Shown piece after piece: positions 56,991 to 64,000 of a stretch of DNA of 64,000 nt. Made by a program: the position numbers and the translations under genes. Numbering within the stretch: the stretch's first letter is position 1; each line of letters starts with the position of its first letter. The notes below the pieces were generated by a model that ran no database searches, was not told where the DNA came from, and was given only the letters and a program-made list of their open reading frames with translations. Source of the stretch: Halorussus marinus (lineage in GTDB: Archaea > Halobacteriota > Halobacteria > Halobacteriales > Haladaptataceae); NCBI RefSeq assembly GCF_004765795.1, contig NZ_SBIV01000007.1, forward strand, positions 1-64,000, given 5' to 3'.

Positions 56991-57934
56991 CTGGATTGGG
57001 ACGAAAATTCGCTTTCGAGCACGTCGATGAGCTCTTCTGCTGTGGAACTGATCCGTCCGAGCCGATCGTGAACGACCTCGGACTCGTCCGACTCCCACGC
57101 AGCGAGGTAGAACGCCGACCCACTAGTGTCGAGCCCGCAGTACCGCCCGACGACGTACGCGACGGCTTCGGCCTCGACTTCGCGTTTCGAACGCTCCGTG
57201 TCGTCGTCGACGTCGAAGTGGAGCAGAGCGTGGGCGTACTCGTGAATTAGCGTCCGCGCGAGGTCCGCCTCGTTCGCCCGATCACGCACCTCGACGAGCG
57301 GTTGGACGTCGACGAGGCTCAGCTGCTCGCAGATGCCCTTCGCCTCGCCGTGGGTCCACTCCTCGGCTGGAACGATCCGCACCGTCACGCCGAGGTCGTC
57401 AGCGGCGTCAGTCAACTGTACGACGAGGTCGCCGGCGTCCCCATTCGCTTCCGTGTCCAGGTCGGGAAGCGGTTCGCCCTCGGTCTGGGAGACGTCGAAC
57501 ACCGGCGCGGGCTTGAACCCGACCAGCCCCTCGGACCACTCCTCGGGTGGCGTCTCATCGTAGTCACAGTCGCTGTCCTCGTGGTAGCTCGGGGAGTTCT
57601 CGCACTCCGGGCACTGTTTCGCGATGATTGGCGCCCAGATCCAGATGGCCGACTCACCCTCCGTGACGTGACGGTCGAACTCCTCCTGCCACGTCCGGTA
57701 GCCAGCCACGCGGGTTGCCTCGGGACACTGCCGCTTGATGAGGAGCGTGTTCCGATACGAGTAGTCGTGGAAGCGACTCTGGACGTCAAGCCACTCCTGG
57801 AACTCCGCGCTGGCCTGCGCGTCGTCGACGCCGGCGACGAGGTCGTCGATCCACTGTTCGATCGTACTGTTCATCTCGTCGGATCGCGTGTCGGTCTGGT
57901 CGAAGGAGACCGACGAATCACTGGTCGTAGCCAT
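56987..57934 (-). CDS. ArdC-like ssDNA-binding N-domain plus zincin metallopeptidase
   Basis: FHDYSYRNTLLI...VAGYRTWQ, VFDVSQTEG, HEYAH, EVEAEAVAY. Confidence 0.85.
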   Translation of the reverse strand: MATTSDSSVSFDQTDTRSDEMNSTIEQWIDDLVAGVDDAQASAEFQEWLDVQSRFHDYSYRNTLLIKRQCPEATRVAGYRTWQEEFDRHVTEGESAIWIWAPIIAKQCPECENSPSYHEDSDCDYDETPPEEWSEGLVGFKPAPVFDVSQTEGEPLPDLDTEANGDAGDLVVQLTDAADDLGVTVRIVPAEEWTHGEAKGICEQLSLVDVQPLVEVRDRANEADLARTLIHEYAHALLHFDVDDDTERSKREVEAEAVAYVVGRYCGLDTSGSAFYLAAWESDESEVVHDRLGRISSTAEELIDVLESEFSSQSS

Positions 57935-58021
57935 TGTGTTCACCGAATCAAGTTCACGGCAACTGCGTCTGCTCAGACCGCGCCGCACCCCTCAGGGGCG
58001 TTCAAAAAACCGCTCTGTCGG

Positions 58022-58369
58022 TCAGCGGAGCTCGTGGCGTTCCTCCGCAAAGCCAACCGAGACGAGGTACTCGAGGAACTCGTCGAACCGCTCGACGTCA
58101 CTGGGCGTGTCGGTCGCAAGATGACGCGCCCACTCGATGGCCCACTGGAAGGCGGGATCCGTGCCGCCCTTGCCGTGAATGTACCACCACCGGGCCGCCT
58201 TGAGAACCACTATGGGATTCGTCGGCGGCTGCTCACCGGCGAGCCCACGGGTGATGGATTCGATTTCGTTGGGGATGTCGGCGGGATCGACCTCCGCTGA
58301 TTGCGTGTTGTCGATATCGACGGGAATATTGTCGACCGAGACGTTGTCGGGACTCTGTTGTTGACTCAC
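58022..58369 (-). CDS. Hypothetical protein
   Basis: Acidic 115-aa ORF in the same gene run. Confidence 0.7.
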   Translation of the reverse strand: MSQQQSPDNVSVDNIPVDIDNTQSAEVDPADIPNEIESITRGLAGEQPPTNPIVVLKAARWWYIHGKGGTDPAFQWAIEWARHLATDTPSDVERFDEFLEYLVSVGFAEERHELR

Positions 58370-58511
58370 TGGAAGTCACCTCTGAGAGCTTTCGAAGGAG
58401 CCCTCGCCCCTCTCTGGGGGCACGAAAAACAGGTGGCGAAGTCACGTCGGCGGGAGGTAGACGCTCTGTTCGCCGGCAGATACCTTTGTGCTGAACGTGG
58501 GACTTCGCTTG

Positions 58512-59729
58512 TTAGTCAACTACTGGTTGGACTGGCAGCCGTTCGAGTCGGCGATGGCACGGGATACAGAGAGTCAGCAGGTTACTCGGTACATCTGCAT
58601 CGTCGACCGACTGGTCTGGGTCGTTGTAGAACCGGCGTCGAGGAATCCGGTGGTGAACCGGGAGATCACGACCGAATTTCTCGCGGTGAGCTTCACGGCC
58701 CATACCGCAGCGCAGGCAGGACTCGTTGTCACGGGTGATGATCTCCTCACGAATCTGTGGCCAGTTCGAGCCAAACGGAACTATCTCAGTATCTGACTGA
58801 CGGTAGTTTTCTAGATAGTCCGGGTCGGCCGCTTGAAGGGCCGTTCGCCACGTTCCGAATTCACGCTGATACGGATCGATGGTAAACTTCCCGTGTTCGT
58901 TCATTTCCGTTGTTGTCGGTGGGTGGCCCAGCTCATTCGCAACAGCCCGCAGTTCGGCTAATAACTCCTCCCGTGGAATTCGCCACCGCTCATTCGGCTC
59001 GAAGCCGGCAGCTCGGAGAGCTTCATTCCACGAACCGAATCGCTCCTGATAGACTGCTGCACTCCATTTCCCTTGGTTTCGCATTTCATCCTTCCGAGGG
59101 ACATGGCCTAGCTCTTCGGCGAGACGGTTGAGTTCGGATATCAGATCCTCCTCGCTCACATCCCATACGGAGTGGACTTCCAACTCAGCCTGTCGAAGAG
59201 CACGATTCCAGGTTCCAAACGCTCGCTTGTACGAATCCGAGGTGTAGGGGCCACTCCGGTCCATTTCATCTGTTGTGGGCGGTCGACCCAGTTTCTCAGC
59301 GAACCCCTGTAAGGCAGTAATGAGTCTCTCTTCGGAGAGGTTCATTTCAACGTTCGGCTCAAAATCGGCCGCCCGTAGTGCTGCATTCCACCCTCCAAAT
59401 CGCTTGCAGTATGTCTTCACCGAATACTTTCCGTGAGCACTGTATTCACGCTCTGACGGGGTTCCTCCCACGATGTCGGCAACCGATTTGAGATCAGTAA
59501 GGAGGTCCTCTTCGGACGTCGATGGTCGTCCGTCTGGATCATTCGTTCCGGTTTGAAGTCCGGCAGCCTCGAGTGCGTTATTCCACGACTCGAACCGATT
59601 CCCGTACGTCTTCGAAGCATGAGGTCCTGAATCGTCCATCTCACTCTGCGATGGGGGACGACCGAGTTCCTCAGCGAACTTCTGGAGCCGATTGAGGAGT
59701 TCATCGTCTGAGTACAGCTTCTTGCCCAT
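58512..59729 (-). CDS. Homing-endonuclease-associated repeat protein with C-terminal HNH domain
   Basis: Five repeats of EELL..L...A.ELG.PP...FG.W..AL.AAG; RD..SCLRCG, VHH, NLLTLCIPCH. Confidence 0.88.
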   Translation of the reverse strand: MGKKLYSDDELLNRLQKFAEELGRPPSQSEMDDSGPHASKTYGNRFESWNNALEAAGLQTGTNDPDGRPSTSEEDLLTDLKSVADIVGGTPSEREYSAHGKYSVKTYCKRFGGWNAALRAADFEPNVEMNLSEERLITALQGFAEKLGRPPTTDEMDRSGPYTSDSYKRAFGTWNRALRQAELEVHSVWDVSEEDLISELNRLAEELGHVPRKDEMRNQGKWSAAVYQERFGSWNEALRAAGFEPNERWRIPREELLAELRAVANELGHPPTTTEMNEHGKFTIDPYQREFGTWRTALQAADPDYLENYRQSDTEIVPFGSNWPQIREEIITRDNESCLRCGMGREAHREKFGRDLPVHHRIPRRRFYNDPDQSVDDADVPSNLLTLCIPCHRRLERLPVQPVVD

Positions 59730-59911
59730 GATTTCTGAGGGGATTGAGTCACTCAGTTTGGTCCCGACTCGGTATTTGAATGTCCGCACTCACTCATTCC
59801 GGATATTGATCGGAACGGCGACTCAAGGGGCGATCCTCGCGAGTCGTATGGCAGCCACCCCCACTTTTTGGAAGCGACGGCTCGCCGACTAGGATATACT
59901 GAAATTCAGTA

Positions 59912-61582
59912 CTAAGACGTCTTATTCGACGGTTTATGGATAGGCAGTTCGACGACGAAGACTGAACCAGTTGGGTCGTTGTCCTCGACCCATACGTCAC
60001 CACCGAATTGGTCCGTCAGGAGATGGACGAGATATAGACCAATCCCTGATCCTGGACTGTCCAATCCTTTCTCCCCTTTCCCGAAGATTTGTTCTTTCTG
60101 TTGGTCAGGAATGCCAGGTCCATTATCTGTAATCCGGTACCGGACAGTCTCTGAGTTCTCTTCACAGGAGACGGTGATCTCAGGGGTCTCTTTGTCGTTG
60201 TGTCGGACCGCATTCTCGAGGATATTCCGGAAAACCGAAGAAAGCATCTCGTTTGCCTGTACCGACACGTCGCAGAGTTCACCCGATACGTGAAACTGCG
60301 CGTTCGGGAACGAATCACGTACTGCAGCGAGCTCAGCGTCAAGAAGTGGCTGAAGCTGGATTTCTTCTAATTCAGCTGTTCCTTCTTCTGAGAGTGATTC
60401 AACGAACTCACGTGCGACCTCTGTGAACTGAATTACGTGCCGGGACTTCTGTAACACTCGGTCCAGAGCGTCTTCCCCATCTTCATCGATATGGTCTTTG
60501 AGGATCTCGGCCCATCCGAGAATCACGGTCATATCGTTCCGGATATCGTGTCGAACCACGCGATTTAACGCCTCGAGTTGTTCGGTTTTCTCTTCGAGTC
60601 GCTGTCGATATGACTCGCGTTCAGTTACGTCGGTAACCGTCACTAATTGGCCGGTCGTTACCTCACCTGCTAAGAATGGCGTGCTCGACACGTCATAATA
60701 CCGTGTTTCACCTTCCTGCGTAATTGTCAGGATATCTTGTTTGGTGAGATGATCTGCGAGTGCGGTATTCACAGCCTCAAGCGGTTCGCCAAAGGAATCC
60801 TCAAGGGTTGGAAACAGTTTGCGAGCCGCTTGATTGTAATCCTGAATCCGGGTTTCTTGGTCGAGGAAGATTGCGGGTTTCTCTGACTCCCCGGTTAATC
60901 GGATTGCCTCAAACCGTTGTCTGTAGAAGAAGAGCGTTCCAACGGCGAAGAGGGCGACGCCAGGCGGCTCATACATTAATGGGAGCAGCCAGTCGACCTG
61001 GCCGCCAATAATCGTTGCAACAGCTGGGAGGCCTGAGAGTCCAACGAGCACGACGAGCGGACGGCTGTCACTCCCAGTATGATGGAACCGCTCCATCAGT
61101 ACGAAGAATCCGACAGCGATGGCGGCATATGATAACCCCAAGACGATCCAGTAGAGCAGTTCGTGATGGATCACGAGGTGTGGGAATGGTTCTGTGATCC
61201 ATTCCGTCGTAAAGTAGAGATTGTGGAGTGGATTCGTGACTTTGAGAGCGGTGAAAAAGAGGAACGTCCCGAGAATGAGGTTTCGGAATGGGGCGTGTCG
61301 AGGTGGCCGACCGGTATATGCAGCACAAAAGTACAGCCAGGCCCCAACGGCGACGAACGCAAAGATGAAGCCAAATATATAGAAAGCGAGTTTCCCGGCA
61401 CGCGTCGGTGCGAGAAGATAGCCAATGTACCCTCCAGACCACAGAGCAACGGAACCGAGGAAGACGATCAGTCCTTCACGTGTCTCCGGATGCTGTATCT
61501 TCCGTGCTTGTGGAATAGTCGCCACGCAGGCAATCGCAGATAGTGCGAAAATTATGACGTGACCTAGAAGGAGGGGATTCAT
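59912..61582 (-). CDS. Sensor histidine kinase (7TM N-terminus, PAS, HisKA, HATPase)
   Basis: RHDIRN, ENAVRHN, DNGPGI, GIGLYL. Confidence 0.92.
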   Translation of the reverse strand: MNPLLLGHVIIFALSAIACVATIPQARKIQHPETREGLIVFLGSVALWSGGYIGYLLAPTRAGKLAFYIFGFIFAFVAVGAWLYFCAAYTGRPPRHAPFRNLILGTFLFFTALKVTNPLHNLYFTTEWITEPFPHLVIHHELLYWIVLGLSYAAIAVGFFVLMERFHHTGSDSRPLVVLVGLSGLPAVATIIGGQVDWLLPLMYEPPGVALFAVGTLFFYRQRFEAIRLTGESEKPAIFLDQETRIQDYNQAARKLFPTLEDSFGEPLEAVNTALADHLTKQDILTITQEGETRYYDVSSTPFLAGEVTTGQLVTVTDVTERESYRQRLEEKTEQLEALNRVVRHDIRNDMTVILGWAEILKDHIDEDGEDALDRVLQKSRHVIQFTEVAREFVESLSEEGTAELEEIQLQPLLDAELAAVRDSFPNAQFHVSGELCDVSVQANEMLSSVFRNILENAVRHNDKETPEITVSCEENSETVRYRITDNGPGIPDQQKEQIFGKGEKGLDSPGSGIGLYLVHLLTDQFGGDVWVEDNDPTGSVFVVELPIHKPSNKTS

Positions 61583-61745
61583 TATCCAGATAAAGGGTTG
61601 TTCTCGGGGTATTAAATAACGGTTTGGAACAGCCCTCTTTCAGGGGGATATCGGGCTTCTTCCGGCCACTAGGCATTCCTTCTCTCGGTCGATTCCCAGA
61701 GTTGGCGTCCAACTCATAAGGATCCAACAGTACTGGTACAGCGGA

Positions 61746-61787
61746 TTAACCAACAAGGGGGAAATTCACGCGGAGTGTGTTGGTTAA
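61746..61787. repeat. TTAACCAACA-N22-TGTTGGTTAA inverted repeat
   Basis: Direct reading. Confidence 0.9.
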
Positions 61788-61796
61788 GATTAGAGC

Positions 61797-62018
61797 TTAC
61801 TCTTCGTTCTCACGCAGCTCTTCAGCCTTCCACTTGAGCCGGCGCAGAATTTGCGTTCGATTCTGGTGGGCGTTCTCGTAGGCAACGCACTCCTGGAGGG
61901 TTTCCATATCCGGAATCGTCGCGATTCCTGCCTTGATCAATCGGTAATTCGATGCTTCGAGACGTTTCCCAGGTGGGAATTCGTCGTCACTCCCGTCGCT
62001 GATCGTGGACTGTTCCAT
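61797..62018 (-). CDS. Small hypothetical protein
   Basis: MEQSTISD...YENAHQNR; preceded by the CCCC/GGGCG hairpin motif. Confidence 0.6.
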   Translation of the reverse strand: MEQSTISDGSDDEFPPGKRLEASNYRLIKAGIATIPDMETLQECVAYENAHQNRTQILRRLKWKAEELRENEE

Positions 62019-62163
62019 CTCTAAGGCCCTCCACCCCTTGAGGGCGAGAAAGACAGAACAGACGACTACGTCACCACGTGGCGTCAGGCCATCGCCTCTT
62101 CGAAGCACTCGCGAAGCCCATAATATCACTGACCAAACTGATTGGTTTTATTTGATGCCGGTG

Positions 62164-62805
62164 TTATCGAGTGGTTCCAGTCGTATAGTTGCGAACATTC
62201 GGTAACTCCCATCCATATCTGACTGCAATAAGTCGTGATCCCACTGTCATGGTCGCACATCCACCGGCTGCGAGCGCACCGGTTCCAAAATGAATCGACA
62301 GTAGCCAGTAGAGACCTCCACCAAGCACGGCACAGCTCGCATAAAAGTCCTGAAGTAGAATAAACGGGGGACGATCAAGAAGAATATCAGCGAATGCTCC
62401 TCCGCCAACGGCATTAATTGTCGCGACAGCAACTACGCCGAAGGGAGACACTCCGGCATGGGTCGCCACGATTGCTCCGGTGGTTGCGAACGCGCCAAGG
62501 CCGATTGCATCGGCAACCAGTGAGACCGGATGCCGATGCGGCTCATCGAGGAGCACCGAGAGTGCTGCGGCTAAAATCACTCCAAGCACTCCAAACCCGA
62601 TATTTGAAAGTGTCTGGAGCGAAAGTGGGATTCGCAAGACGAGGAGATCCCGTGTTGTGCCGCCGCCAAATGCAGTAACGAGCCCAACCACACTGACGCC
62701 AAACGGATCAAATCCCTCTCGAATGGCTTTACTGGCACCAACGAGTGCAAATGCGACCAATCCGACTGCATTTGCAACCCAGAACAATGCGTTTTCCAAC
62801 ATCAA
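62164..62805 (-). CDS. Trimeric intracellular cation channel (TRIC / UPF0126) family membrane protein
   Basis: GLVTAFGGGTTRDLL, DAIGLGAF, GGGAFADILL. Confidence 0.88.
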   Translation of the reverse strand: MMLENALFWVANAVGLVAFALVGASKAIREGFDPFGVSVVGLVTAFGGGTTRDLLVLRIPLSLQTLSNIGFGVLGVILAAALSVLLDEPHRHPVSLVADAIGLGAFATTGAIVATHAGVSPFGVVAVATINAVGGGAFADILLDRPPFILLQDFYASCAVLGGGLYWLLSIHFGTGALAAGGCATMTVGSRLIAVRYGWELPNVRNYTTGTTR

Positions 62806-63776
62806 TCACTACGAACTTCGTGGTCCGTATGTGCCGATGAATCTGTTTCTCGGAGGCTGACAATCGCTTGGCGCATTGTGGAACGACTGACAAGTGTGAA
62901 CCCTGCAGCCACGGCCACAAACCCGACAACGGTTGTCATACTAATTGTTTGGCCAAGGAGTAGGACTGATACGACCGTTGCAGCTACTGGTTCCAGATAC
63001 GCGACAAGTGTCGTTTCAGTCGCGCCAACCTCTCTTACCAACCGGAAGTACAATAGATACCCTCCGGCTCCAGCGACGAGAGTGATGTATACCAACGAGA
63101 CAACTGCTACTGGGGAAAGCGACTGTACATCCGGCACCGATTCACCACGAAGAAAGCTACCACAAAACAGGAGTGTTGCCCCAACTAGCATTGCCCACCC
63201 TTGGAGTGCTTCCATAGGGAGCCCTTCGTCGAATAACTGGATTGTCACAGATCCAACTGCAAACAGTATCGTTCCGAGAAAGACCAAGCCGACACCGAGT
63301 GCCGTCGACGATAGTGATGTAGTACCCACTGATGGTTGTGAGAGAACTACAACGCCACTTATGCCGAGACAGAACCCAATCACGTCGGGAAGTCCACGGG
63401 ATTCCCCGAGGATGGGGACTGCAACAAGAGCTGCGACGACTGGCGACATCGTGGTGACGACGGATGCGACGGCGCCTGTAATGTGCTGTGTGCCCAAGTA
63501 GAGACCCGCTTGATAGCCACCAAACATGAACCCGCCAACGATGCTGATACTCAGGAGTTCGCGTGTCGTTTCTGGTCGCAACCGGTCCGTAGTCAATCGT
63601 GCATACCCGAGGACGATACAGCCAGAGACAGCATATCGAATCCCAGCAGCACCTAGTGGGGGAAGCTGTGAAACGACGATGTCAATTGCGGGGAACCCGG
63701 CTCCCCAGAGAAGACCCAACCCGATGATAGCTAAGCCTGCCGGAATGTGAAATCGGAATGTGTTTGGGGCCCCCAT
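62802..63776 (-). CDS. EamA/DMT family transporter
   Basis: LLWGAGFPAI, YLEPVAA; ten predicted TM segments. Confidence 0.9.
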   Translation of the reverse strand: MGAPNTFRFHIPAGLAIIGLGLLWGAGFPAIDIVVSQLPPLGAAGIRYAVSGCIVLGYARLTTDRLRPETTRELLSISIVGGFMFGGYQAGLYLGTQHITGAVASVVTTMSPVVAALVAVPILGESRGLPDVIGFCLGISGVVVLSQPSVGTTSLSSTALGVGLVFLGTILFAVGSVTIQLFDEGLPMEALQGWAMLVGATLLFCGSFLRGESVPDVQSLSPVAVVSLVYITLVAGAGGYLLYFRLVREVGATETTLVAYLEPVAATVVSVLLLGQTISMTTVVGFVAVAAGFTLVSRSTMRQAIVSLRETDSSAHTDHEVRSD

Positions 63777-63933
63777 ATTCTGTTGGTCGAGGGTATGTGG
63801 TAGATTGGGAATAAGTGAAGGAACGCGGCATTACTCCGAGCGTATTACGGTAAGTTCGTCATCTATTCGAAACTGAGGCCGCATTTAGTGAATAAGCTGA
63901 AGTAGCTACGAACTATGGCATGAGTCACAGCGT

Positions 63934-64000
63934 ATGGACGAGAAAGATATCCAGATTTTGAAATCGTTAGAAGAACTCGAGACGACGAGTACCGAAGCGG
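63934..64000 (+). CDS. 5' end of an Lrp/AsnC-like regulator (runs off the window)
   Basis: MDEKDIQILKSLEELETTSTEA..., divergent from the DMT gene. Confidence 0.55.
   Translation, partial: MDEKDIQILKSLEELETTSTEA

Noticed and set aside
4384..58300. Long antisense shadow ORFs (e.g. 4384..5133, 10207..11007, 23215..24111, 54312..55229, 57302..58300)
   Set aside because: They lie opposite well-supported genes and are expected from GC-rich codon bias.
58800..59720. DNA-level repeats in the HNH gene as a separate repeat array
   Set aside because: Explained by the protein's internal ~55-aa repeats.
1341..61787. TTAACCAACA sites as IS terminal repeats or CRISPR repeats
   Set aside because: Arms are only 20-23 nt apart, with no transposase or consistent target duplication, and the sites are kilobases apart.

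Overview
Haloarchaeal (Halobacteria-type: acidic proteome, GC-rich) accessory DNA, most likely from a megaplasmid or minichromosome. It carries three Orc1/Cdc6 genes (two flanked by iteron/ORB-like G-string repeats), four TnpB-only IS200/IS605 (IS1341-type) elements, the end of an IS5-type transposase, a scattered PolB2/iRadA/SRAP damage-tolerance module, TA-like and defence-like genes, a TFB paralog and an ArdC-like gene run. The main discovery is a minus-strand RNA operon at about 29.7-36.35 kb. It starts at an archaeal TATA box and contains a ~400-nt pseudoknotted non-coding leader, 14 tRNA genes without encoded CCA (several with non-canonical cores), and a family of Y-RNA-like ncRNAs. These share one covarying module: stem / NCGA x 7-nt internal loop / 9-bp stem / YUNCUUC. 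Three tandem copies and one degenerate copy lie directly upstream of a Ro60/TROVE (Rsr-like) gene, and a fifth copy is circularly permuted inside a tRNA body (YrlA-like). Two further unusual signals are 11 dispersed TTAACCAACA-N20-23-TGTTGGTTAA inverted repeats at module borders, and a cdc6 gene with three alternative 3' ends, one of which starts exactly at a TnpB right end (the guide position). All calls come from reading the sequence by eye; no searches were run.
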